Shown here: positions 40,401 through 52,331 of the stretch, piece by piece
Position numbering within the stretch: position 1 is the stretch's first letter
How the letters are laid out: every line of letters begins with the position of its first letter
Assembly (NCBI GenBank): GCA_010909165.1
Contig: MU008158.1
Location: 3,125,478 to 3,189,477, forward strand
Origin: Anthoceros angustus
Lineage: Eukaryota; Plantae; Anthocerotophyta
Reading direction: 5' to 3'
DNA: 64,000 bases
Program-made: the position numbers and the translations under genes
The notes under the pieces: model-generated
What the model was told of the DNA's origin: nothing
The model's input: only the letters and a program-made list of their open reading frames with translations
Databases searched by the model: none

Positions 40401-42263
40401 TTCTGTAGTTTCAACCCCATCAGTTTGGGGCACAACATCTGACCCACAGCGATCACGGCATCGCGTGATTACCTTCATCGATGAGTTTGTCTTACCTCCT
40501 CCCTGTCTGGCACCCATTGAACTCTAGCTGAGCGTGTTCACATTGTTGAACCTGTTCTGTTGAACTCGCATGATCCTCCACTCACCCTAGAGCTCGAACT
40601 TTGAACGGTGGCCCTTGTTGATGAACCACCCACTTCTCCTGTTCTTCGTAGGTCCTCTCGTCACAGACCCCCTAGACATGAGTGGTCTGAACCTCCGTTT
40701 GTAGCAGGAGTAGCTTCCAAGCCTCACACTCCCAACTTTAATACCTCTGAGCCAGCAACCTACCTGGAAGCCATCACAGGTCCAGAGGCTCAGTTTTGGA
40801 AGGAGGCTATAGACTCGGAATACAATTCCCTGATGGCGAATGGAACCTGGAAGCTTGTAGATTTGCCCCAAGGACGTAAACTTGTTGTAAGTGGTATTTA
40901 AAAGAAACTTAACTTACGGATGGCGTTGGTAGATACAAGGCAAGGCTCGTGGCAAAGGGCTATAGCCAAGTTGCGAGCTTGGACTATAATGTGGCGTTAC
41001 TGTGGTGAAATCTACTTCAATCGAATCACACTTCTTTGGCTGCCCACCTGGACTACATGTTCATCGACTTGATGATGACACCTTCCTCAATGGCTCATTG
41101 GACGAGGAGATATACATGACGCAGCCTGAAGGGTATGAGGTGGATATGGAAAAAGTGTGCCTATTGCTCAAGACTTTATATGGACTCAAACAGTCCAGCA
41201 GGGCTTGGAACGAAACATTCCATGCCTTGCTTATAGAGCTAGGGTTCATATGTCTGGATGCAGATAGCAGTGTCTACATTTTGTGGGATGGTGATGACTT
41301 CCTAATTTTAACAGTTTACGTAGACGACAATTTCCTTTTTAGTACTTCTCTGCATTTGATGGCTCGCATTAAGGCTGTGCTCCTGTCACGTTTTGATATG
41401 ACTGACCTTGGTCAGCTTAGGTTCTCACTCGGTGTGCAGTTTCAGTTCTCAGATGACAGGCACACAGTGGAGATACACCAGGAGCATTTTGTGCATCAGT
41501 TGTTACAGCGTTTCAACATGGCAGATGCTCGTCCAGTCTCTACACCGATGTCTACAGGCAAGAAGCTGTCAAAGGAGCAAAGCCCCACAACTCAAGAGGA
41601 GAAGGATTTAATGTCTACACGCCCTTATAGGCAAGCAGTAGGTAGCCTCATTTATTTAGCAGCCTGGACATGCCTTGATATTTCAAGAGCAGTTAGCAAT
41701 GTATCACAGTTCCTCGAAAATCCTGGTGAAGCTCATTGGGTGGTTGTGAAACGGATTTTTCGATACTTGAAAGGCACTCCGAGGCTTGGGCTGAAGTACA
41801 CTAAGCAAGCTGGGAGTCTGGTCCTCACATCTTACTGCGATGCAGATTGGGCTGGGGATCCAGATTCAAGAAGAAGTTGACGACTATATGCTTATCTTCT
41901 ACCGAAGCCGAGTATGGTGCATTGTCTCAGGCAGCCCGTGAGATCATCTGGATTCGCACCTTTCTTAGAGGACTGGAGCAACTTCCAGCTGGTGCAACTA
42001 GGCAATGGTGTGACAATCAATCGGCAATAGCTTTGTCCAAGAACCCAGTTTTTCATGCTCGATCGAAACACATCGAGATCACTCACCACTTCGTAAGACA
42101 AGCTTCAGACACAGGTGAGGTAGAGGTAAGCTACATACCCACTGGTGATAATGTTGCAGACCTACTTACGAAGGCCTTGCCTAAGTTCCTGCATTCTAAG
42201 CATCCAGCTGCAGCAGGGCTGGGTGAAATCATGCCTTCACAGAAACTAGGTACTGCTCACTAG
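37445..42263 (+). pseudogene. Copia pol (protease, GAG-pre-integrase, integrase, RT, RNase H), disrupted
   Basis: WFLDSGATSHI, LWHCRLGH, HSDLCGP, LRSDNGGEY, YKARLVAKG, QLDVKTAFLNG, LYGLKQ, VYVDD, YCDADWAG, SSTEAE, CDNQSAI, SKHIE and NVADLLTK. A deletion in RNase H occurs at ~41877. Confidence 0.93.
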
Positions 42264-43359
42264 TCTACTTTGTTCCACAGCATGCTGATAGGTCTATGTA
42301 GTACCCCTTCTCTTTTATTTTTGCCTTCAGAGTCTGGAGAAGCTGGTCTGTTTTCTTTAATTCATCCAGCAGACCTGCACGCCAGAAACAAGGTAAGGGT
42401 ACTTTCAACATGCATGCTGAGACAGGTAGACAATTGAGGAGAGCAGGGTGGATGAAGAAGTCACTCACATGTAAGCACCTGCCCCTCCTCATCTGGGTCA
42501 TCGTATCTTTTCCTTTTAGTACTTCTGCATTTGATGGCTCGCATTAATTTGTGCTCTGTCACGTTTTGATATGACCGGCCTTGGACAGGTTCTCACTCGG
42601 TGTGCGATTTCGGTTCTCGGATAGCAGCACACGATTGGAGATACACCGAGCATTTTGTGCGCCATTTGTTCGGCGTTTCAACATAGCGGATGCTCGTCCG
42701 ATCTCTACACCGATGTCTGTGCATCAAAGGAGCAAAGCCCCACAACTCAAGAGGAGAAGGATTTAATGTCTACCGCCCTTATAGGCAAGCGAGGTAGCCT
42801 CATTTATTTAGCAACTGGACATGATATTTCAAGCGATTAGCAATGTATCACGATTCTCGAAAATCCTGGTGAAGCTCATTGGGTGGTTGTGAAGCGGATT
42901 TTCGATACTTGAAAGGCACTCGAGGCTTGCTTGGTGAAGTACACTAAGCAAGCTGGTCCGGTCCTCACATCTTCTGCAGATTAGGTGGGATCCAGTTCAA
43001 GAAGAAGTTGACGACTATATGCTTATCTTCTCTGCCGAGAGTATGGTGCATTGTCTCGACAGCGTGAGATCATCCGGATTCGCACCTTTCTTAGAGGTGG
43101 AGCAACTTCCATTTGGTGCAACTAGGCAATGGTGTGACAATCAATCGGCAATAGCTTTGTCCAAGAACCCGAGCTTTTCATGCTCGATCGAAACACATCG
43201 AGATCACTCACTGCGTGAAGACAAGCGGTGAGGTAGAGGTGTGGCTACATACCTTGGTGATAATGTTGCGGACCTACTTACGGCCTTGCCTAAGTTCCCA
43301 TTCTAAGCATCCGGTGCGGCAGGGGTGAAATCATGCCTTCACACAGAGTAGTCTTGCTC

Positions 43360-44186
43360 ACTAGTCTACTTTGTTCCATGCTGATAGGTCTATGTAGTAC
43401 CCCTTCTCTTTTATTTTTGCCTTCAGGGTCTGGAGAAGCCGGTCTGCTTTTCTTTAATTCATCATGGACACATGACAAGGTAAGGGTACTTTCAACATGC
43501 ATGCTGAGACAGGTAGACAATTGAGGAGAGCAGGGTGGATGAAGAAGTCACTCACATGTAAGCACCTGCCCCTCCTCATCTGGGTCATCGTATCTTTTCC
43601 TTTTCTGTTTTGTGACTTGAGAGGGAGCGTCATCTTGAGGTACCTTTGTAGCCCGCATGAGAATGACCTGTTCCTCTTTGCTCAGTTTGTCATCATCACC
43701 TGATTTCCATGTCATGCGATATGTGTAGTAATAATCCAGTTCTCCTTCTTCCTTGGGCATGGCTCTCAACATTGCAGCTTGGTATTCACTCTTGGTCATC
43801 TTGCCTTCGAAGGAAACCTGTGGAGGTGTGTCATAGGGTTGTACCTTGTCACCCACTGGTGTCCATTTCTTGAGGTAGACCTTGTTGTAATCCTTCAGAG
43901 ATTGCTGTTCAGCTGTCTTGGGTGCGTCCATACTTGTGGCTGGGTGTTCACACACTGCGCGGTGAAGTATCCACTGTCTAGGAGAATATTTGGAGGCTGG
44001 AGTCCATTCTCTGCCGCAGTGTATGCATTCGATGCCACTTGGGACTTCCTTTCTGCTTTCCTCCATGAGCAAACAGCAGTTTTTGCAGCTCAGCAGCCAG
44101 AATGCTATGAGACTGACTACAAACCAGGAGAGGAGCAGAGCTGCAGCAAGGTTGCAGAGTTCGAAGGCTGTGTATGGGAGCGCCAT
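43360..44186 (-). CDS. Spliced antisense accessory gene of the copia element, ~246 aa: N-terminal TM helix, CxxC..H...C zinc finger, basic patch, C-terminal amphipathic helix
   Basis: Exon 1 (44186-43556) is open for 210 codons and ends at donor GTGAGT. The clean duplicate shows a 94-bp intron (42468-42375) and an in-frame exon 2 (42374-42265) encoding CLLDELKKTDQLLQTLKAKIKEKGYYIDLSACCGTK*. Confidence 0.7.
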
Positions 44187-44407
44187 TGTTTTATAGCTGG
44201 GAGTGGAGCGAATGAGCTGAAGGCTGGAGGATGAAGCCGGGAGCAACCCATTTCGTCACGAGGAGCAGACGACCAAGACTTGGACAAATAGCATGATGAG
44301 ATTCCTTCTAGTTTTGTCGAGCCCTATCTGTGGTTCCGTTTTGATACATTTAAATATTGCCTTTCTTTGGCATTTTTCTCTTTATGTTCATTACAACTAA
44401 GAGGGAG

Positions 44408-44612
44408 TGTAGAAATATATAAATAACCTAGAGTTAGGTTATATACACTTAAGTAGTTTTATGAACGGTTACAACAGCTTAGATGACTTTCCTATATATG
44501 CTGTATTTTCCGCTGAACAAAATAACCGCTTTTCTTTTCCTCCTCGCTGCTCATGCTCGTGCCCCTCTCCGATCGAAAACGCATTATAGCCTTCATGGAA
44601 CTCTTTCCTACA
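44408..44612 (+). repeat. 3' LTR (205 bp)
   Basis: Starts TGTAGAAA directly after the PPT and ends TTTCCTACA (inverted termini). Contains an internal TATA-like CTATATAT at ~44492. No second copy exists in the window to confirm the 3' end. Confidence 0.75.
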
Positions 44613-44880
44613 TTTGGAGATAGCAATGTTGGGGAGGCTGTCACTTATGAGGCTTCTACCTTCCTTTTAGGTGGCAACCATCTGTAAAAAAAAAAAGGAA
44701 GGTTCGTCATAATTTGTGTCCCCTAATTTTGTACACTAGCACATTGCCAACAACACCACAGTAGTCACCTAAGCGAATATGCTAATGAATTTTTGAAAAT
44801 TAAGGCTTCACGGTATTCTGCATTACCGAAAAAAAACAGAAAAAAGAATCACTCTTTTTGGCCGGTCTTGGTTCACCCTA

Positions 44881-44990
44881 AGTGTGGCTATCAAACCTTA
44901 TCAAAAAGTTAAAACTATGTAGTGTGGCTATCAAAAAGTTTAAACTATACAGTTTTGCTATTAAACTCTATCAAAAAATTCAAACTATAC
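44881..44990. repeat. Three short diverged tandem repeats (30-40 bp)
   Basis: AGT.TGGCTAT..AAA ... TCAAAAA.TT.AAACTAT occurs three times. Confidence 0.7.
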
Positions 44991-45689
44991 TTCAAAGTGA
45001 CTAATGGTTGAGGTTAGTAGGTTCAATTTGTTAAAGTAGTACCCAAGGTAAATTCTAGTGAAAGTAAGGGATCTTGCCTCATAGGAGGGTACATAGTGCA
45101 CACTATCTTCCAAATGTACCTAGCGGCATCGTTTGCAAGTGTATATGGGAGGTTTGTACGAGCGTGAAAATCTAATTCGCGGCCTAACACCTCTTTGAGC
45201 TTGCATCCCACTTGCAATGTAGAAGAGTGTGTTCACGATAAAAGACGCCATAATAGCTAAAATAATGATAAGAATCAGGACAATCAAAATGTTGAGCACA
45301 ACATGAGAGGTTATCATTTTTCTTTAAAACATAGTCAGCATAGTCTCAAAAGTGAGATGGTCCAAGCATGATATAGGGGTTCAATGCGAGTTGCTTAAAA
45401 AAGAATATCTTAATGATAAAAAATTCCACAATTATATAAATATTCAGAACAACCAGAATGCCAAACACACATGGGATACCAAAAGCTGTCGCATATGGTA
45501 TACTAAATGCTGAAAGCCAATAGGTATTGAAAAGTTTATATCTAGAGAATTAGATTGTTTATTTATACTAGGTATAACTTATTATAACTCTTGAGATATA
45601 AGACATACTCCTTGTTACTTTAAGCTAGTTTCCTATGTACGAAACGTTAACCTCAAAATATTTTATGTTTTTCTGAAAAGCTAAGGCTC

Positions 45690-48600
45690 ATACTCCAAGA
45701 AACGGCATCTCCAACACAATGAACACCAAACCACTATATGAGTACCATTGGGTGTTTCCGGAAGAAGTGTGTTCATGACGGACCAACACTCTGAACAATG
45801 TAGGCCCAAACAACTGGAAGGGGCTTGAGAATGAGCAAAGAGATTTGGCGGACAAAGATCTGGAAGCCGGGAATATAAAATGTTGGAAATCCTCTGGTAG
45901 TTTTGTGAGGTTGTCCACATCCTTCAGTTGCTGCCAGCGAAACACAAAGGCATTAGAAACGAACGTCCCACGTTCTGGGCAGTGGGCGCCGGCCGGCAAG
46001 CGCCCCACCTTTCACCCTTCCCAACAGCCCAAGGGAGTGGGGTTCTGGAGCAGGGTGACCGGCGCCTATTCCCGTGGTTTGGGGAATGGGAAGGGTAGGC
46101 GGGGAGGCGGCCGGCCTCCTCCTACCCTTCCCATTCCATCACAGCCATTTGCATACCAAGCAGAGGAAAACAAACATAACAACTGAGACCACCGTACCTT
46201 TCCTGCGAATTGAGTCTGAAACCGAGCAAGCATTTCGTCAGGAGAGTGATGTGGATATTCTAGCGGACTTCCTCGAGCGATGAGCATCCCAAGTGTTTGG
46301 CCATAGCAACTTGGATGATGTGGAATTTCTTCGCAAGGTAATGTCGTCATCCATCCCTTTCAAATCTATTAGGCCAAACCTTCTCGCGGATATGAGAATC
46401 CGCCCACAATCACCTGGAATACCTTGAACGACTTGTGGCTTCGCCAACATATCTTTCGGCTTTACATACGTTGCATCCACTTTCTTGACTCTTGTCACCC
46501 CACGTTTCCCTTTTCCCTTCTTGTTTTGTGCCCATTTGTGCCTCTTACGCTCTGGCGGTCACCGACTTCCCACTTTGAGAAGATCTTGTCTACATTCTCC
46601 CACACTTTGCCCTCCTTGCTAGCTATGCATAAGATATGAGTCCTGTTGTCCACCTTGTTTTGTTTTGTATACATCATTATTGGGCCTCATCATCCTCAAT
46701 AAGTCCCTAACCTTGTATAAGTTGAATTTCCAAGTCATCGCCATTTGAACCCCTTCGCTTCGCAATCAGCAGTTCATCCCTGAGGTACCTGACTTGCTCT
46801 ATAAAAGACATCTTCCTCCGCTTGTCCGACATAATGTTGTGATCAGTTGCGAGGACTCTCATCTCCTGCAAAGTGAGGCCACACACATGTGCCTCCACAT
46901 ATTGGAAGCGTTTTTCCTGTGAGATGCAAAATGTTGAGCACAACATGAGAGGTTATCATTTTCTTTAAAACATAGTCAAGATAGTCTCAAAAGTGAGATG
47001 GTCCAAGCATGATATAGGGGTTCAATGCGAGTTGCTTAAAAAAGAATATCTTAATGATAAAAAATTCCACAATTATATAAATATTCAGAACAACCAGAAT
47101 GCCAAACACACATGGGATACCAAAAGCTGAAAGCCTGTGTCGCATATGGTATACTAAATGCTGAAAGCCAATAGGTATTGAAAAGTTTATATCTAGAGAA
47201 TTAGATTGTTTATTTATACTAGGTATAACTTATTATAACTCTTGAGATATAAGACATACTCCTTGTTACTTTAAGCTAGTTTCCTATGTACGAAACGTTA
47301 ACCTCAAAATATTTTATGTTTTTCTGAAAAGCTAAGGCTCATACTCCAAGAAACGGCATCTCCAACACAATGAACACCAAACCACTATATGAGTACCATT
47401 GGGTGTTTCCGGAAGAAGTGTGTTCATGACGGACCAACACTCTGAACAATGTAGGCCCAAACAACTGGAAGGGGCTTGAGAATGAGCAAAGAGATTTATG
47501 GACAAAGATCCGGAAGCCGGAATATAAAATGTTGGAAATCCTCCGTAGTTTTGTGAGGTTGTCCACATCCTTCGATTCGCCAAATAAACACAAAGGCATT
47601 AGAAACGAACGTCCCACTCCTGGCCGGCAAGAAGCGCCCCACCTTTCACCCTTCCCAATGCCCCAAGGGAGTGGGGTTGGAGCAGGTGACCGCGCCTATT
47701 CCGTGGTTTGGGAATGAGGCCACCCTGCCTCTTCCGCCTCCCTTCCCATTCCATCACACACATTTGCATACCAAGCGGAAAACAAACATAACAATCGAGA
47801 CCACGATCTTTCCGCGAATTGAGTCCGAAACCGAGCAAGCATTTCAAGAGAGTGATGTGGATATTCTAGCGGACTTCCTCGAACGATGAGCATCCCAAGT
47901 GTTTGGCCATGGCAACTTGATGACGTGGAATTTCTTTCGCAAGGTAATGTCGCCATCCATCCTTTCAAATCTATTAGGCCGCCAAACCTTCTCCAGAGCG
48001 GAAATGAGAATCCGCCCACAATCACCACCGGAATACCTTGAACGACTTCTGTCTTCGCCAACATATCTTCGGCTTTACATACGTTGCATCCACTTTCTTC
48101 AATCTTGTCACCTTACGCCTTTTCCTTCTTGTTTTGTGCCCACCGCACAGGCCTCTTCCTCCGGCGTCACCAGCCTTCCCACTTTGAGAAGATCTTGTCT
48201 ACATTCTCCCACACTTTGCCCTCCCGCTTCGCTATGCATAAGATATGAGTCCTGTCCACCTTGTTTTGTTTTGTATACATCGTCGCATGGCCTCATCATC
48301 CTCAATAAGTCCCTAACCTTGTATAAGTTGAATTTCCAAGTCATCGCCATTTGAACCCCTTCGCTTCGCAATCAACAGTTCATCCCTGAGGTACCTAACT
48401 TGCTCTATAAAAGACATCTTCCTCCGCTTGTCCGACATAATGTTGTGATCAGTTGCGAGGACTCTCATCTCCTGCAAAGTGAGGCCACAGTACACATGTG
48501 CCTCCACATATTGGAAGCCCTGTGTGAGATGTTCAAATGTTTCATGGTCGCATATGTGGTTCCCACCTGTGACACCCATGACATATGTCTTTGCCTCAAT

Positions 48601-51310
48601 TTCTTCCACCAGAGTGGCGAGATCGGGGCATTCCGTCGGATCAATCATGCAGGGTAAAACCCCTCTTCAATTCTCCCTTCGATATCACCCGTGCCAAATA
48701 GTTTTGTCCATGCTTCATTCACCCTTCTTATTTGAGCGTGTTAGGTGCGACGCAGACGAAATTCTCCAACTTCACGAGAACCGCTGTGCACCACCTTCTT
48801 GGCGAGGCATTCCCCGATGCGTGTACGGGTCCTCATCCCGGAAGCGCCTTTCCGCCTCGTCTGGCCGCGACATGAACTGCGGATTTCAAGGGACACCGCC
48901 ATCTCGGCCGCCTTTCCGCCTCTTCCTCCTTTTCCCGCTCTTTTCTCCCTACCGTCTCGAACGATGAGCATCCCAAGTGTTTGGCCATAGCAACTTGGAT
49001 GATGTGGAATTTTTTCGCAAGGTAATGTCGCCATCCATCCCTTTCAAATCTATTAGGCCAAACCTTCTCTCCGATGGATATGAGAATCCGCCCACAATCA
49101 CCTACTGGAATACCTTGAACGACTTGGCTTCGCCAATAACATGTCTTCGGCTTTACATACGTAATCCACTTTCTTCAATCTTCCTCTCACCACGCTTCCC
49201 TTTTCCCTTCTTGTTTTGTGCCCACCGCACAGGCCTCTTCCGCCTCGCGTGTCACCAGCCTTCCCACTTTGAGAAGATCTTGTCTACATTCTCCCACACT
49301 TTGCCCTCCGCTTCGCTATGCATAAGATATGAGTCCTGTTGTCCACCTTGTTTTGTTTTGTATACATCGTACGGGCCTCATCATCCTCAATAAGTCCAAC
49401 CTTGTAAGTTGAATTTCCAAGTCATCGCCATTTGAACCCCTTCGCTTCGCAATCAGTTCATCCCCGAGGTACCGACTTGCTCTATAAAAGACATCTTCCG
49501 ACATAATGTGATAGAGGACTCTCATCTCCTGCAAAGTGAGGCCACAGTACATGTGCCTCCACATATTGGAAGCGCTTTGTGTGAGATCTCGCCAAATGTT
49601 TCATGGTCGCATATGTGGTTCCCACCTGTGACACCCATGACATATGTCTTTGCCCCAATTTCTTCCACCAGAGTGGCGAGATCGTGGCATTCCGTCGGAT
49701 CTATCATCATAGGGTAAAACCCCTCTTCAATTCTCCTTCGAGATCACCCGTGCCAAATAGTTTGTCCATGCTTCATTCACCCTTCTTATTTGAGCGTCGG
49801 TGTTAGGTGCGACGCAGACGAAATTCTCCAATTCACGAGAACCCCTGCACCACCTTCTTGGCGAGGCGATTCCCTTGCGGCCGGTCCTCATCCGGATAGC
49901 TCTTCCGCCTCCTCGTCCGCGACATGATCCGGATTTCAAGGGACACTCCATCTCGATGCCGACTTTCCGCCTCTTCCTCCTTTCCGCCTCGGTTTTCTCC
50001 CAGCCCCGAATGACCCCACCGGGATCCGTGTGACTCCGCTTCCCAAGACAATCGCTGGAGGGCGCCGGCCGGCGCCCTCCAGCCCTCATCGCCGCCACAG
50101 TCAGGGCCAGCCTCAACCGCGGCCCCGTCGGGCCGCCGGCAGGCGCCCAACCCAATCGATGCATTCGAATCGACAAACCAGCCGATTCGGGTGCCAAGTC
50201 CCGACACCTCTCCTGGGAGGGCGCCGGCCGGCGCCTGCTCCTGATTATGGATCATACCCGTGGGGACCTCCATGGATCGCCTGCATATCGTAGTCAAACA
50301 ATATGTCTCGCATCCCTTCTCTCGCCTGCATAAGACTCTTCCAACTCATCATCCGAATGACCAAGAACATCCGGAATCGGCCCATCATCCTCATCTTCTG
50401 GACCCAATTCACTCCCTTCAGGGCTGGGTGGCTCATCCTCGATGTCTTGGTGGTGAGCAGTGCTCCGTCTTAGGGTCATAACCCTCCCCGGCCTGTTGAT
50501 CGGTGATCTCCGCACACGTAACGAATGAAAGCTCTTCCTACTTGGGCAGCACCAAAATGTAATGTAAGATTAGAAAACAAGAGTTATGCGTGAACATTGC
50601 TACGAGGAAGATAGAACATTGCGTTGTCGCTAAACTCCGAAACTTACTGCGCTCACTCAATCTCAAACACTTGAACCACCTGGATGGCTCACATTTTTAT
50701 AACAAGACCATTGAAGCTCACGGAAACATCTTATACATGTCCACCTCCGTGGCAATGTATCGAACTCGTTCCTCACACATGATGTGGCCTTCGTTCTCCT
50801 CTTGACATATCCAAGGTTGCCCAAATAACCCCGCCTCGGCTCTTTGATTTGGCATGGCATGCTTATACCCCATAACCCACCTTGTATAGCGGCGTCCATG
50901 TGCCATCGCTTTCCGATTCTTCCTCCCGCACCAAAGATCCAATCCTTCTCCTAACCTCAATTGGTCAAGCGCAAATACGCTTGATGTGCATTGTATCTTC
51001 ATAGCTGTAAGGAGATTGGATAGGAGCACAGACTTCTTCTTCGTCGTGCCAACCTGCTCACCTCCGCCATCTCCTCTCGTCGTGCTTGCCTTCGCAGACG
51101 TGTGGCTCAAGCGCCCGCCTCCATGACCGATCATCGGACCTCCTGATTGCTGGGGCGGCGCAACCGCAGGAGCGGAATTGAGAGCTGGCAATCCTCTGGG
51201 GGCCTCGGCTCCTCCCGGCTTGAGCCTGCTTCCTCCGCTTCCTTTCTTGGTTCTCGCACGGATCGGGCCGTCTCACCCTCGCCTTTCTTGCTTCGCCTTC
51301 CCATCGCCAT
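45690..51310 (-). pseudogene. Large TE-cargo gene with a ParB/sulfiredoxin-like domain; frameshifted and internally duplicated in this assembly
   Basis: Joined frames read basic N-terminus (MAMGRRSKK), a globular segment, an acidic linker, then QIRRVNEAWTNYLARVI..MIDP..YVMGVTGGNH..AHVYCGLTLQEMRVLATDHN..KMSFIEQVRYLR. The GGNH core is at ~48560 and ~49620. Confidence 0.65.
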
Positions 51311-51542
51311 TGCCTCCTCGCCAAACCACAATACCGAGGTCAATCAAGAGGCGTAAATGGAATAGCGTGAAGGTGGATAATCGCGAACCTCTTCTTCGCG
51401 TGCAAAGGATGAAGGAAAGCCTTGAATTCACGTGATGGGGAGGAAGCATGCCGAACACTCCAACCGGCGGATAGTCGCTCGGACGTAAACCGCGAATGCA
51501 GTGAACGGTCCTCCTGATCAATATGTACACCGACTCGAATAG

Positions 51543-51552
51543 TTTAGGGTTT
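51543..51552 (-). promoter_or_regulatory. Telo-box (AAACCCTAAA) in the divergent ParB/transposase intergenic region
   Basis: TTTAGGGTTT on the + strand, ~230 bp upstream of the inferred ParB-gene ATG. Confidence 0.35.
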
Positions 51553-52331
51553 GCCATGTCTTCTCGTATTATACCATTAATCCGTGTACTTAGGGCACAA
51601 TCAAGTGACGGTGTCTAACGGTGTGTATTCCGTATGCCACAGGATATCAACCTCTAGATTTGGCGGCTGTGAGGCGGCGGATGCATTCAATGGGCTGCAC
51701 CATCGCCTTGCCGTCCGGTGTGCATAAGTTGGCGACCTCGATTAACCTCTCCGACTTGAACTACGTGAGGGGACAGAGGATGAAGCGGGAGAAGTGACCG
51801 CCACTGTGGCTTCGAGTCCCTCACCGGCGGAATCCGGAGAGCATGCATACATACTCCGACGATGAAGTAGGTGTTGATGACTTTGCGAAGTCCACTGTCT
51901 CTCCGTTTGTTGTTTCTCACAGCCGTCGGTAACCTCCTTTCCTCCAGTCGGTCAATGAAGAAGGCGAAGACCAATCTCAATATCTCCGAGTTCAACGCGA
52001 AGGGGACGTATGCAGAAGGAGGGACATGTTGAACAACGGCGCCGGACCAGGCTATGCCCGAGTGAACCAGCTAGGGAGTCGGGTTTCGGCCGAAACAGAC
52101 AACCGGACTCTTGTGCTCTCGACATTGGACTCAGGCCGTCGGCACATTGTCGGTAAGGGACTAGGGGAATTGTATTCCTACAAGAATGTTTGATTGTTTG
52201 GGCGTTTGTGTCACAGAGTGAATGCCCGTGAATGTGCAGACACCAGCATTGACGGGTGTCGTCGGCTACGGCCACCACCATCACCTACTCTTCCACGATC
52301 CGGCTCATACACTAATCTTAATTTGTACGCC

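Larger units (their letters stand above)
37393..44612 (+). mobile_element. 5'-truncated Ty1/copia LTR retrotransposon (PR-IN-RT-RH, antisense accessory gene, PPT, 3' LTR) with two internal tandem duplications
   Basis: Copia domain order and PPT AACTAAGAGGGAG at 44395-44407. gag and the 5' LTR are absent. Confidence 0.92.
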
